A DNA stretch of 64,000 bases from a bacterium (GCA_963675755.2 CAXXMD010000002.1:832001-896000), one strand, 5' to 3'; shown: positions 1-9,214, numbered from the stretch's first letter. The notes: generated by a model not told the origin, from the sequence alone. Numbers and translations are program-made.

Positions 1-1009
1 TCTCCATTTTAAAGCTGCTGCCATAATCCAACAACGCAAGATTTATTGCTTCAAATACTTCATGGTCAATAAAATATTCCCAAATAGACTTGATAATATT
101 ACGGTCATATTTTTTTTCAAGCATATGAAAAAAAATACCTAAACCATATTCATGAGAATATCCTGTTGAATAAAAAGACTGATCAAGATTTTGAAACAAA
201 GAAGGGACATAGTAATAGTAATCATTCACATCATCATAAACCACATCTTCCATCCATGTAGCAGTTGCTTCGAATAAAAAGATGGCATCAATTTCAGTAT
301 TAAAATAACCCCGATACCCCAGATGAATCATATGGAAAAATTCATGAGCAGCAGTTACATTAATTGCTCCAACACCCTGGGTTGGTGTATGCAGAAAATC
401 ATTGTCCATTTCTATATAACTTGTATAATCATCTCGTTTTGTACCTGATACTGCGTATTCTGGTGTGGTTGCACCATAATCACCAAAATTATAAATATAC
501 ACATCATATTGAGGATCATCGGGATCGTCAATGGGTGGTGGCATATAGCCCAATTCATTAACCTCTATATCATAAGAATGATCAAAGGCCAATGCCGCAT
601 TTTCAACAAACTCCAGAGTTGCGGCATCTTCACCAATTGTTGTATAATGCAATTTAAATAAACCACTGGGACTAATATAAGATTCTGTCAAATTTCCAAA
701 AGAAGCACGAGACAAATAAGGTTTTAAGATTTCTTGTTCATCTAAAGAAGCTGTTTGGTAAGCCTGAAAAGCCTGAAACTTGAAACGTGTAGCATTTCTG
801 GTAATTTCATTTGAATAGGTTTTATATTCTTCTGGTAAATTTTCAGGATTAAATATAGCATCAAGCTGCTTAACCAACAATTCAGTTTCAGAAATATTCC
901 CCTGCTGATACGCTTGTAAAAGTGCCTGCTCTGTTGTCTTTGGACTTGAGCTTGCAATTGCTAAAGTAAACATCAAAAGTACAAAAAAAATTGAAACCGT
1001 GTATTTCAT
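1..1009 (-). CDS. Secreted zinc metalloprotease (MXAN_6640-like), 3' end runs off the window
   Basis: Hand translation from ATG at 1009: MKYTVSIFFVLLMFTLAIASS (signal peptide)...SPSGLFKLHY...YDVYIYN...YIEMDNDF...VTAAHEFFHMIHLGY...FEATATWMEDVVYDDVNDY. HExxH plus a downstream Glu. Frame is open to the window edge. Not in the ORF track. Confidence 0.8.
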   Translation of the reverse strand, partial: MKYTVSIFFVLLMFTLAIASSSPKTTEQALLQAYQQGNISETELLVKQLDAIFNPENLPEEYKTYSNEITRNATRFKFQAFQAYQTASLDEQEILKPYLSRASFGNLTESYISPSGLFKLHYTTIGEDAATLEFVENAALAFDHSYDIEVNELGYMPPPIDDPDDPQYDVYIYNFGDYGATTPEYAVSGTKRDDYTSYIEMDNDFLHTPTQGVGAINVTAAHEFFHMIHLGYRGYFNTEIDAIFLFEATATWMEDVVYDDVNDYYYYVPSLFQNLDQSFYSTGYSHEYGLGIFFHMLEKKYDRNIIKSIWEYFIDHEVFEAINLALLDYGSSFKME

Positions 1010-1012
1010 ATT

Positions 1013-2329
1013 CTAATTCTTTTTTCTAAATATCATACGTACAGGAACTCCCATAAAGCCATAATTGTTCCTGAGTTGATTTTCCAGATAATTGCGATAG
1101 TTTTGTTTAATTCCTCTGGGTTCATTTGTAAAAAATACAAATGTAGGTGGCGAATGCTTTACCTGGGTCAAATAATTAATCTTGACATATTTATCACCAA
1201 ATGCTGGTGGATGATGTTGAGCAATAGCCCCTTCAAGAAATTTGTTTAATTCTGCAGTTTGAATCGTACGTTTTCTCTCTTCATATACGGACAAGGCAAT
1301 ATCCAGTAATTTAAATATTCTCTGTTTGGTTAAACATGAAACAAACAGTATGGGAATGTATGCCAAATCTCTGAATGTATCCTGCATTTCAACTTCAAAA
1401 TTACGAGAAGTCATGGTATCTTTTTCAACCAGATCCCATTTGTTTACACCAACAACAATACCCTTGCCTTCATCTATAGCCTGTCGAATAATTTTTTTAT
1501 CCTGGTCTGCAATTCCCTGTGTAGCATCAATTAAAACCATTGCAATATCACATCGGTGTATAGCGTTATTGGTCCTCACATTACTAAAATACTCTACACT
1601 CTCTTTTACTTTTGTACGTCGTCTCAAACCAGCAGTATCAATCAACACCAATGATTTTTTCTGATATTGAAGTTCCGTATCAATTGCATCTCGAGTTGTA
1701 CCTGCAATATCGGTAACAATATGCTTATCATGACCCAAAATAGCATTTACAAAAGAAGACTTGCCTACATTAGGTCTTCCAATAATTGCCAATTTTATTC
1801 GATCGTCAATATATTCACCAGCTTTGATTTTGTGTTCAAATGATTCGAGAACCATATCTAACAGGTCACCAACATATCGGCCACCCATTGCAGAAAGCGC
1901 ATAAGGTTCACCCATCCCCAGACTGTAAAATTCGTGAATATCAATCAGACGATCATCATTGTCTATTTTATTTACAACCAGTAATACCGGTATACCACTT
2001 TTTTTAAGTATATTGGCAATATCCAAATCAAGTGCTGTAACCCCGGTAGTTATATCGGTAACAAAGATAATCACATTTGCTTCACTGATAGCAAGATTAA
2101 CTTGTTCCCGAATTGCTGTTTCAAAAATATCATCAGATTCGGGAACATACCCCCCGGTATCTAATAATTCAAATTCATAACCTGCCCAATCTGTCAGGGC
2201 GTAATTACGGTCACGTGTCACACCTGGCATATCATCTACAATTGCTTCACGCTTGCGTATAATTCTATTGAACAATGTAGACTTGCCTACATTGGGTCTT
2301 CCTAATATTGCAACAACAGCTCTTTTCAT
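1013..2329 (-). CDS. der: Ribosome biogenesis GTPase Der (EngA)
   Basis: Two tandem G domains (GRPNVGKS...GVTRD...DTGG...NKID; GRPNVGKS...GTTRD...DTAG...NKWD) and C-terminal KH-like domain (YLENQLR...GVPV). Confidence 0.98.
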   Translation of the reverse strand: MKRAVVAILGRPNVGKSTLFNRIIRKREAIVDDMPGVTRDRNYALTDWAGYEFELLDTGGYVPESDDIFETAIREQVNLAISEANVIIFVTDITTGVTALDLDIANILKKSGIPVLLVVNKIDNDDRLIDIHEFYSLGMGEPYALSAMGGRYVGDLLDMVLESFEHKIKAGEYIDDRIKLAIIGRPNVGKSSFVNAILGHDKHIVTDIAGTTRDAIDTELQYQKKSLVLIDTAGLRRRTKVKESVEYFSNVRTNNAIHRCDIAMVLIDATQGIADQDKKIIRQAIDEGKGIVVGVNKWDLVEKDTMTSRNFEVEMQDTFRDLAYIPILFVSCLTKQRIFKLLDIALSVYEERKRTIQTAELNKFLEGAIAQHHPPAFGDKYVKINYLTQVKHSPPTFVFFTNEPRGIKQNYRNYLENQLRNNYGFMGVPVRMIFRKKN

Positions 2330-2332
2330 ATC

Positions 2333-3088
2333 TTATTTAATTGATTCGTCTCGCTCCTGGTTCCACTTAACCCAGTCAAGCGCCTCATCAACTTCCTCGT
2401 CAATTTTAGATTTTGCGAATTTTCCATCAGCACGAACTGTTACTTGAAAACCTTGAACAATTCGAACCCATTCTTCCAGAGTAACCTCAAACGGAGGCGG
2501 TATTTCATAAGGACCAGGCACCTCTACGGGTTTTAAGCTATGTGTTTGAGGTACGTTAGCTACAGGATTCCAATAAGAGTTTGGTCCAACATCTACAGCT
2601 CCCTGATATACACTACAAGTAGTAGATTGATCAGAATCAATTCTGAAAATTGTTCCTCTAACCGCACAAACTGCTGTAGGAGTTTTAACTTGAAATCCAG
2701 ACTTTTTGTTTGTAATGGGATTTATATTAAGCCAGATTTTACCTTTCAGTAACTCTGATTTTGATTTACTGGAATTTTCCTGTATTGCTACAGATGTAAA
2801 AACAAATTCAGATTCTTCACCAATCCTTACAAGACTGTTGTCAGTCAAAGTCACTTCACAACGAGATTCTTTAGCTGTTCTTATCTTGTCTGATTCATAA
2901 ACCTTTTGGCCCATTTCAGCATCATTCCACTCATCTGAATGATGTTGAATTTGTACATCTTTGCCTTGTCCAATTATAAATGTAATCTCACCAATATTTT
3001 CAGGTTCAGCCAGAATCAAATTACTGAAGACGATTATAAATACAAAAAGGACAAAAATTATCCCAATTTTTGATATATATTGTTTCAT
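2333..3088 (-). CDS. FecR-domain exported protein
   Basis: N-terminal hydrophobic segment; FecR-type beta domain (DKIRTAKESRCEVTLTDNSLVRIGEES; VKTPTAVCAVRGTIFRI); C-terminal WVKWNQERD; RBS GAGG. Confidence 0.85.
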   Translation of the reverse strand: MKQYISKIGIIFVLFVFIIVFSNLILAEPENIGEITFIIGQGKDVQIQHHSDEWNDAEMGQKVYESDKIRTAKESRCEVTLTDNSLVRIGEESEFVFTSVAIQENSSKSKSELLKGKIWLNINPITNKKSGFQVKTPTAVCAVRGTIFRIDSDQSTTCSVYQGAVDVGPNSYWNPVANVPQTHSLKPVEVPGPYEIPPPFEVTLEEWVRIVQGFQVTVRADGKFAKSKIDEEVDEALDWVKWNQERDESIK

Positions 3089-3161
3089 AAAGACCTCATT
3101 TTAGGGCAATATGAATTAATTTTTAATTTACTCATTTCTTTGCACAAAAAAAAGTGAAATT

Positions 3162-3205
3162 AAAATAAAAAAGGAGAAGGTAATAGAATAAAAAACCTTC
3201 TCCTT
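3162..3205 (-). terminator. Intrinsic terminator after the CsgG-like gene
   Basis: 11-bp inverted repeat aaggagaaggt (3171-3181)/accttctcctt (3195-3205) followed on the minus strand by a T-rich tract. Confidence 0.75.
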
Positions 3206-3228
3206 GGATTATATATTTGAATATTAAT

Positions 3229-4149
3229 CTATTCCATTCTAACAATATCATTTCTATCAAAGCCGCTGCCACTGACAACACTACAAACAGATGCTTTGCC
3301 ATTTCCAATATTGTTATTTGTAACTTTGATTGAACCAATTTTAGTTTCTGTTGAACCCAAAGAAATACCCAAATCAGGATCAATTAATTCTTCGCCTGCA
3401 CGGTAAACCTGCAAAACATCTCCAACCTGCAAACCAGCATCTGCGCCAGCATTAATATAAACTTGCGCCCCACCTTTAATAACTTTGGCTTGCCATTGTA
3501 AATTTTCAGCTGCAGCGTTACACAATTCTACGATTGAATCAATTGCTTCGCGAGTTGCTTTACCAACAATAGATTCATCAAACTTGTGACGATTGTCAAA
3601 ACGAAAATCATCAGTATTTACTTTTAATCCTTTTTTGGATTGTTCTTTACGAACAGATTCAGCAGAAACAATTTCACCTGTTTCTGTATTAACAAAACGG
3701 ATGTCAACTGCCACGGTAGCGCTAGTGCTTTTAACACCTAATCCAAAACCTTTCAAGCTACCACCGGTACTTTGTTCAGTATAACCAAATTCAGTTACAG
3801 AACCAAAAATTGCAAGTTCAACACCAAGCACCTTACCTGCCTGAGCTGCACTTTCAGGGGTTACAACTCCACTCATACCCATAGATTGTTCTTTTAACAA
3901 TTGTTCCATTTCCTGACGTTCCATCACTGAAAATTTACCAGTTTTAACCAATTCGGTTACCAGCATGTCTGACATACCTTCACCAACAGGCTGACCTGTC
4001 CACCAATGATAACTATGTCCGGATTTATCTTCAAAACTGAAAACAGCTACTCTTTTTTTTAGTTGAGCAGAATATACTCCGCTTACAGATGACAGTAAAA
4101 AAACAAATAATAAAAATAGAATGATAGTAAAACGATTTCTCATTACCAT
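3229..4149 (-). CDS. CsgG/HfaB-family protein with C-terminal FlgT_C-like domain
   Basis: Signal peptide; RVAVFSFED...GMSDMLVTELVKTGKFSVMERQEMEQLLKEQ...GSVTEFG...VAVDIRFVNTETGEIV (CsgG-like); VYINAGADAGLQVGDVLQVY...LIDPDLGISLG (FlgT_C-like). Start moved to ATG 4149 (4143 possible). Confidence 0.85.
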   Translation of the reverse strand: MVMRNRFTIILFLLFVFLLSSVSGVYSAQLKKRVAVFSFEDKSGHSYHWWTGQPVGEGMSDMLVTELVKTGKFSVMERQEMEQLLKEQSMGMSGVVTPESAAQAGKVLGVELAIFGSVTEFGYTEQSTGGSLKGFGLGVKSTSATVAVDIRFVNTETGEIVSAESVRKEQSKKGLKVNTDDFRFDNRHKFDESIVGKATREAIDSIVELCNAAAENLQWQAKVIKGGAQVYINAGADAGLQVGDVLQVYRAGEELIDPDLGISLGSTETKIGSIKVTNNNIGNGKASVCSVVSGSGFDRNDIVRME

Positions 4150-4162
4150 ACCCTTTAATTTT

Positions 4163-5383
4163 TTATTCAATAGTTGCAGGTGTTTGTGTTTGTTCAACCG
4201 CGTGTTTTACCACACGTATTGTTACTTTATTAGCTGTAGCATTTGAAACAGCTAATTTATATTCACCCATATCGCGCTGATCAAGCTCACGTGCTAATTG
4301 TTCAGCATTTCCAGAGATTTGAATATCATATTCGGCCATTCCATCGGCTACATTTCTCTGAAAAATATTTTTAACACCTCTGGTTGTAAATTGTAATGCA
4401 TTTTTGAAATTAGATGCTTCCGTAAAATTATCAACACCAGTAACAATCAATTTCAAAGAATTAAGATCATAAAAACGGCTGCGCCATTTTTCCAATATTT
4501 TTGTTATTAATTCATCAGACAAGGCAGTGGCAGCTTTTTGAATTGCCATGGTTCCGCCGGTAACTTCGTCAATATGCGGATAAGCAGCATGCTTGCTACC
4601 GGTCGCTATAATTGTACCCACGTCTGCATCAATTACACGTGCGGTTAAATTTGCCTGGCAGGATTTCATTCCACCCAGATTAATGCCTGTTGCTACCTTG
4701 GCAATAGCTTTACCTGTAACAACAACTTCAGCATCCAACTTGTTTGCAAGGGATTTGGCAGCTTTGGCGTCACCATTTATAGCAGCTAAAATAGAATCAC
4801 GTTCCCTATTCTGGCGCACAGTCATGGGATCAACAACATCAAAACCCTTTTCAATGAACTTGTTGATCATGGCAGTTTCAGATGCAGTCATATCAACCTG
4901 AAAGTAATGATATCTGTCAGTAGATTGTCCAATATTTTGCTCATCTATCAACATCATGACTCTGGGATTTCCCATGCTGGAAATCAAATTCTGAACTGCT
5001 GTGGCATCATTAGATAGATTTGCCATATCAACAGTTGCTTGTATTACAACTTCATAAGTATCAGGAGTTTTTTTGCTTTCAGATAATACCTGATAATTTT
5101 TCACATATCCACGACTCCAACTGAGAATACGATCTTCAACGACCATATAATTCTCAACTTTGGTTTGCGCGTCAATACAAGTACCCAGAGTCTGTTCAAC
5201 TGCTTTACGCAAAGCATCATCAATAGCTCTGTCTCTTGAGGCACCAACATCGTTATACATAATGCCACCCACGCCAATACTCTGTACAGTTTGCATAGGT
5301 GATCCGTTATATCCTTGTGCGAAAAGTATAGATACAGCTAAAAAAATTGAAATAACTGTAATTTTGAAAATATCTTTTTTCAC
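4163..5383 (-). CDS. FlgT N-terminal-domain protein (FlgT_N + CsgG/TolB_N-like middle + C-terminal alpha/beta domain)
   Basis: GTG start at 5383 behind GGAG; signal peptide; ASRDRAIDDALRKAVEQ...SRGYVKNYQVLSE...YEVVIQATV (FlgT_N/LPP20-like); PRVMMLIDEQ...FIEKGFDVVD...ARVIDADVGTII. Confidence 0.75.
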   Translation of the reverse strand: MKKDIFKITVISIFLAVSILFAQGYNGSPMQTVQSIGVGGIMYNDVGASRDRAIDDALRKAVEQTLGTCIDAQTKVENYMVVEDRILSWSRGYVKNYQVLSESKKTPDTYEVVIQATVDMANLSNDATAVQNLISSMGNPRVMMLIDEQNIGQSTDRYHYFQVDMTASETAMINKFIEKGFDVVDPMTVRQNRERDSILAAINGDAKAAKSLANKLDAEVVVTGKAIAKVATGINLGGMKSCQANLTARVIDADVGTIIATGSKHAAYPHIDEVTGGTMAIQKAATALSDELITKILEKWRSRFYDLNSLKLIVTGVDNFTEASNFKNALQFTTRGVKNIFQRNVADGMAEYDIQISGNAEQLARELDQRDMGEYKLAVSNATANKVTIRVVKHAVEQTQTPATIE

Positions 5384-5408
5384 AGTTAATTCTCCAATAG
5401 AAAGTGAA

Positions 5409-5426
5409 GGGCGGAAAAATCCGCCC
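5409..5426 (-). terminator. Intra-operon GC-rich hairpin (weak terminator or mRNA stabiliser)
   Basis: gggcgga-aaaa-tccgccc perfect 7-bp stem between the SLH gene stop and the FlgT-like RBS; only an interrupted T tract follows. Confidence 0.5.
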
Positions 5427-5431
5427 ATTTA

Positions 5432-6586
5432 TTAAAAAGTCATACGGAGTGCATTTTGGAAATCGCGGATAATCAATAAAGCATCAGCACCTGAAACTTT
5501 ATCGTTCATATTAAACGCACCAGTCATCTTGTCTGCGCTCATAATACCACGATCAACAGTTAAACAAATTGCATTATAGGCAAAGTGTGAAGGGTTAACA
5601 TCCGGAAATCTGGATTGCGTTCCTATATATTTTGTAGCTAGTGACTCATCCCCTGTTGCCATGATCAAAATATCCTGGATCATTCTTGCATAATTGGAAC
5701 GCGTAACTTTTTCATCTGGACGAAAAGTATGGTCAGGATAAACATCCATACCTTTAACATCAATGATATCCTGGATCCAGTTTTTGGCCCAATGATTATC
5801 AATATCAGTAACTTCTGCCATTTGTGTTGTTTGAGAAGTCTGCATCTGAGTTGGGTCATCCGGAGCTTTAAAACCGGTATCATATTGTTTAGGACGTTTT
5901 TTGTCGATAATTTCTAACAGTTTCAACTCTTCCATAAACAATACAGCTAAATCAGCTCTGTCAATTTCTTTAATCAAAGCAATTTTGGCTCCAACTTTGG
6001 TACCAGGTGCTGCACGAACAATCTTTTGAACGAGTTCCCATTGCTCATTTGCTTGTTTTGCATACTCGCCTTTTTTAGCCACAACATCCTGAAATGCATC
6101 TTCAGCATCTCTGAATTGGTAGGCATTTTTAAGGGCAATACCTTTATAATAAGTGGGTTTGTCGCTATCGGGATTGATTTCCAATGCTTTATCAAATTCC
6201 TTAATTGCATCTTTTAACCAGTCATCACCTTTATGTTCAGCTACATAAACACGACCTTTAATAACCCGAGCATCCAACGATTTTTTGTTTTTGTCAATGC
6301 CTTTATCTGCAAAATCATGTGCTTTTTTAAAGTCAGCACGATACGCCCAAACCAGAGCTAAACCTGAATAACCTTCGGCATATTCAGGATCAAGTCCAAT
6401 AGCCTTATTAAATTCTGCTTCAGCATCATTTAAATTACCGCGTTCAATTTCACGCATTCCCTGATTATAGTGATTATCAGGAGTATCAAGTACAGATTGA
6501 GGTGGAACCGGTTTTGGTCCACAACCTACAGATAAAAGAGTAAATCCAATCAAGATACTGAAAAGTATCAAACCTTTTTTTAACAT
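5432..6586 (-). CDS. TPR + S-layer homology (SLH) domain lipoprotein
   Basis: Lipobox LSVGC; TPRs (AEAEFNKAIGLDPEYAEGYSGLA; AIKEFDKALEINP); SLH repeats TDIDNHWAKNWI...FRPDEKVTRSN and FPDVNPSHFAYNAI...RGIM...VSGADAL. Confidence 0.85.
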   Translation of the reverse strand: MLKKGLILFSILIGFTLLSVGCGPKPVPPQSVLDTPDNHYNQGMREIERGNLNDAEAEFNKAIGLDPEYAEGYSGLALVWAYRADFKKAHDFADKGIDKNKKSLDARVIKGRVYVAEHKGDDWLKDAIKEFDKALEINPDSDKPTYYKGIALKNAYQFRDAEDAFQDVVAKKGEYAKQANEQWELVQKIVRAAPGTKVGAKIALIKEIDRADLAVLFMEELKLLEIIDKKRPKQYDTGFKAPDDPTQMQTSQTTQMAEVTDIDNHWAKNWIQDIIDVKGMDVYPDHTFRPDEKVTRSNYARMIQDILIMATGDESLATKYIGTQSRFPDVNPSHFAYNAICLTVDRGIMSADKMTGAFNMNDKVSGADALLIIRDFQNALRMTF

Positions 6587-6630
6587 TACCAGTTCTCCAA
6601 ATTTTATCTCAATAACTGAATAATAGCTAC

Positions 6631-7560
6631 TTAATCAACGATAAACATAACTTTACATTTATCTAAAAAGTTTTGGTTCGCAGCTGCATTTCTTATATTC
6701 GCCGCATCATTGTTTGACACTACAATATCAGCTTTATTGGCGCCCGAGGCACGCAAACCTTTTACAACCATGGGATTATTGGTTACACGGTCATTAGTTT
6801 TAGCCTGGTTGACATTTTTATCATAACCAACCATGCCAATTTGAACAGCCCAATCACGACTGACATACTTGGAACCATACACTTCTTCACCGGTTTCGTC
6901 AACAATTTTGGGGGCCATTGCAGGACGAACACCTAAGCCTTTGGCGTCAATTACCAGACCGGTAAATACTCCACCAGCTGATTGTCCGCTTGTAGAAGCA
7001 GGACCTTGACCGGGATTAACAGGAGTAATTAATTTGTAGCCAGCAGGTACAGGTTTGTCAATTGGCCACAATTGTCCGTAACCACCTTGACCGGCTGCAC
7101 CAGCGGAAACAGGTGTGCCGCCCATTTGCTGAGGCAAAACAGCATCCAATAAAGCGCCAGTAATAGGCATTTCTACGGTCACTTCAATGTCACCTGTGGA
7201 CATGTACTTTGTGTCGACTATGGTAAAATTAGTAACAACACCCTGCACACGTGTATTAATGACATCATTTTCAACCATTGCATTACGAATTGTTGTTTCC
7301 GAGGTTAGTGTCATACCGCGGACAGTTTCGAGGAGATTTCTTAAAGCAACACGTTTTGCAGCTTCAATAGCTCCTGCACGTTGAGCAGCCTGTGGCATAT
7401 TGGGGTTTGGCGCTCCAATACCTGTAGACCGTACTACCTGTGATGACCAGTCAACATTACCCGCATCCCCAATGGGTTGATTTACATATTGAGAAAATGC
7501 AGGTGCGGAAATTAAGAATAACACTGACACAATCAGTATTATTGAATATTTAACTTTCAT
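6631..7560 (-). CDS. LPP20/FlgP-like exported protein with conserved-looking C-terminal domain
   Basis: Signal peptide; VDWSSQVVRSTGIG...AIEAAKRVALRNLLETVRGM...SETTIRN...TRVQGVV (LPP20-like); G/P linker; FTGLVIDAKGL...PAMAPKIVDETG. RBS AAGGAGG. Confidence 0.8.
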   Translation of the reverse strand: MKVKYSIILIVSVLFLISAPAFSQYVNQPIGDAGNVDWSSQVVRSTGIGAPNPNMPQAAQRAGAIEAAKRVALRNLLETVRGMTLTSETTIRNAMVENDVINTRVQGVVTNFTIVDTKYMSTGDIEVTVEMPITGALLDAVLPQQMGGTPVSAGAAGQGGYGQLWPIDKPVPAGYKLITPVNPGQGPASTSGQSAGGVFTGLVIDAKGLGVRPAMAPKIVDETGEEVYGSKYVSRDWAVQIGMVGYDKNVNQAKTNDRVTNNPMVVKGLRASGANKADIVVSNNDAANIRNAAANQNFLDKCKVMFIVD

Positions 7561-7633
7561 TAGTACCCTCCTTGATCAAACATAACTTAATTGCTGAGGT
7601 CAGTAAATATTACGCATTTAATTAATTGGTGCA

Positions 7634-7649
7634 GGTGATAATCGTCACA
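7634..7649. promoter_or_regulatory. CRP/FNR-family-like operator
   Basis: GGTGA-taatcg-TCACA, 9/10 match to TGTGA-N6-TCACA, within the leader of the LPP20-like operon. Confidence 0.4.
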
Positions 7650-7725
7650 AAAACTTTTTATTTTGAAAATAGTTTGTAGCTGCATAATTAACAATATAAT
7701 AATCCCAAGTATTTCATTTCCGAGC

Positions 7726-7754
7726 AAATTAGTCAAGATAGCCTTAATTGTCAA
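7726..7754 (-). promoter_or_regulatory. Sigma70-type promoter of the LPP20-SLH-FlgT-CsgG operon
   Basis: Minus strand TTGACA-N17-TAATTT. Confidence 0.6.
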
Positions 7755-7761
7755 GTTATAT

Positions 7762-7789
7762 TTGCATTTATCTTATTTTTTTGTAATTT
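7762..7789 (+). promoter_or_regulatory. Sigma70-type promoter of the oxidoreductase gene
   Basis: TTGCAT-N16-TAATTT, back-to-back with the minus-strand promoter. Confidence 0.45.
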
Positions 7790-7846
7790 AGGTTCAGTAA
7801 TTGGGTTATTAATCGATCAATATTCAATATAATTATGGAGGATTTT

Positions 7847-9109
7847 ATGGCAGATCGTTTGGGTGTTGGTTTTGTAGGTGCAGGATTCAATACCAACTTT
7901 CACATCAGATCATGGATTGGCGTTCGTGAAGCTGATATATTAGGTATAGCTGATCCCAATCTTGATCGTGCAAAATTTTCTGCAGATGAATGCAGACGTT
8001 TACGGGTTGGTGATCCCAAAGTATATTCAGATGTTTCTGAAATGGTACTTGATCCCAAAATTGATGCAATTTTTATTTGTTCTCCTAATTTTACCCGTTT
8101 GGACGTAATGGAAAAAATTACAGAGGCAGTAAAAAGTGGTAAAGCAACTTTAAAAGGAATTGCTTGTGAAAAGCCGTTGGCCCGCACAGTTGCTGATGCA
8201 CAAAAAATGTTAGATATGGTTAATGAAATTGGTGTATTACATGGATATCTGGAAAACCAGGTCTTTTCCCCTTCTGTTGTTAGAGGCCGTGATATCATCT
8301 GGGCACGTGGAGCCAAAGTTGCAGGTCGTCCCTATCTTGCAAGATGTGCGGAAGAACATGCCGGTCCTCATGAACCCTGGTTTTGGAATGGTGAACGACA
8401 GGGTGGCGGTGTGTTGAATGATATGATGTGTCATAGCATTGAAGCAGCCAGATTCCTTTTAACAGATCCTACAAAACCTAAAGATTTTATCAGACCCGTT
8501 TCAGTAAATGCAGAAATAGCAACGCTGAAATGGTCAAGACCGGAATATGTTAAACTCTTGAAAGAAATGTCTAATGGCTCTGTAGATTACTCAAAAACAC
8601 CAGCTGAAGACTTTGCCCGTGCAAATGTGAATTTTGAAGATCAGGATGGTAATATATCTGTTGCAGAAGTTACTACATCCTGGAGTTTTATGGGACCAGG
8701 ACTCCGTCTTTCATTTGAATTAATTGGACCTGAATATTATATGCAGGCCAATTCTTTGGAACCCGATTTGCATGTTTTCTTTAGTAGAAATGTAAAAGGT
8801 GATGAAGGCGAAGACTTGGTTGAAAAACAATCAGCAGAACAAGGACTTATGCCAGTTGTTTCAACAGAAGGTATTGTTTACGGCTATACAGATGAAGATC
8901 GTTATATGGCTCAATGCTTTATTGATGGAAAAATGCCTGAAGAAAACTGGAACGATGGATTGTTGGTTACACAACTGCTCATGACGGCATATAAATCCAG
9001 CGAACTGAGTAAAAAGATTGCATTTGAACCTGAAAAAGTTATAGATTTTGTTCCCAAAGTTGCAAAAGGAACATATAAGGCTAGTGATGTTTTAAATACA
9101 GCCAGTTAA
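7847..9109 (+). CDS. Gfo/Idh/MocA family oxidoreductase
   Basis: LGVGFVGAGF Rossmann start; CEKPLA; GGGVLNDMMCH. ATG 7847 follows GGAGG. Confidence 0.9.
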   Translation: MADRLGVGFVGAGFNTNFHIRSWIGVREADILGIADPNLDRAKFSADECRRLRVGDPKVYSDVSEMVLDPKIDAIFICSPNFTRLDVMEKITEAVKSGKATLKGIACEKPLARTVADAQKMLDMVNEIGVLHGYLENQVFSPSVVRGRDIIWARGAKVAGRPYLARCAEEHAGPHEPWFWNGERQGGGVLNDMMCHSIEAARFLLTDPTKPKDFIRPVSVNAEIATLKWSRPEYVKLLKEMSNGSVDYSKTPAEDFARANVNFEDQDGNISVAEVTTSWSFMGPGLRLSFELIGPEYYMQANSLEPDLHVFFSRNVKGDEGEDLVEKQSAEQGLMPVVSTEGIVYGYTDEDRYMAQCFIDGKMPEENWNDGLLVTQLLMTAYKSSELSKKIAFEPEKVIDFVPKVAKGTYKASDVLNTAS

Positions 9110-9117
9110 TTTATTAG

Positions 9118-9145
9118 CAGGAACGGGAATCTTTTCCCGTTCCTG
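9118..9145 (+). terminator. Strong hairpin downstream of the oxidoreductase (probable terminator)
   Basis: 12-bp perfect stem caggaacgggaa/ttcccgttcctg; followed by A7 rather than a U tract. Confidence 0.55.
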
Positions 9146-9164
9146 AAAAAAATGCAAAGTTATA

Positions 9165-9190
9165 GAACTTTTCCGTAACTTGTTCGTTAT
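9165..9190 (+). promoter_or_regulatory. ECF sigma promoter (probable autoregulation)
   Basis: GAACTT...: AAC-N16-CGTTAT ending about 25 nt before the ECF sigma ATG. Confidence 0.65.
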
Positions 9191-9214
9191 TTTAATTGAA
9201 AAGCAGATACGCGA

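Noticed and set aside
3229-7560. Curli secretion operon or flagellar operon
   Set aside because: No csgA/B/E/F-like or flagellar structural genes are in the window; only shared folds.
9118-9152. Hairpin as riboswitch or mobile repeat (REP/MITE)
   Set aside because: Single copy, 9 nt after a stop codon, with no aptamer features. Best read as a terminator or stabiliser.
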